Source: Octopus sinensis (taxonomy: Eukaryota). From it: a stretch of 19,751 bases of DNA. The translations under genes and the position numbers were made by a program. Shown here one piece after another: positions 19,641 through 19,751 of the stretch; the first letter of the stretch is position 1, and each line of letters opens with the position of its first letter. A model generated the notes under the pieces. The model was given only the letters and a program-made list of their open reading frames with translations, had not been told where the DNA came from and made no database searches. The DNA is taken from positions 1 through 19,751 of the forward strand of contig NW_021824218.1 of the NCBI RefSeq assembly GCF_006345805.1, given 5' to 3'.

Positions 19641-19751
19641 TATATAATAAGGGTGTCTTGTTAGCAATTTTTCTGTCGAAAGACAAAAATATATACGTCA
19701 CTAAAGCGACTAAGAGCGCTATTCAGTAACAGTACTGCTAAAAATAAAAGT

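Overview
Eukaryotic, AT-rich, microsatellite-dense DNA. The repeat families and composition look like a coleoid cephalopod (Octopus-type) intron or intergenic region; this is an inference, not a database result. No intact gene is present, and most listed ORFs are artefacts of (TA)n/(TG)n/(AAT)n/(GATA)n repeats. Supportable content: (1) a run of four same-orientation insertions separated by (AAT)n at 3048-5670, made of two 5'-truncated R4/Dong-type RLE retrotransposons and two copies of a non-coding element; (2) an RTE LINE remnant, a CR1/L2-group LINE 3' fragment and a DD41D (rosa) Tc1/mariner remnant; (3) three tRNA-derived SINE families, including a tail-to-tail inverted pair; (4) three hammerhead-ribozyme-like motifs of the minimal Penelope-associated type, one inside a tRNA-headed SINE-like unit; (5) two weak minus-strand exon candidates. 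The most interesting signals are the tRNA-head plus hammerhead composite, the TAA landing-pad array with its non-coding passenger element, and a LINE/SINE 3' stem-loop shared with a compensatory base-pair change.
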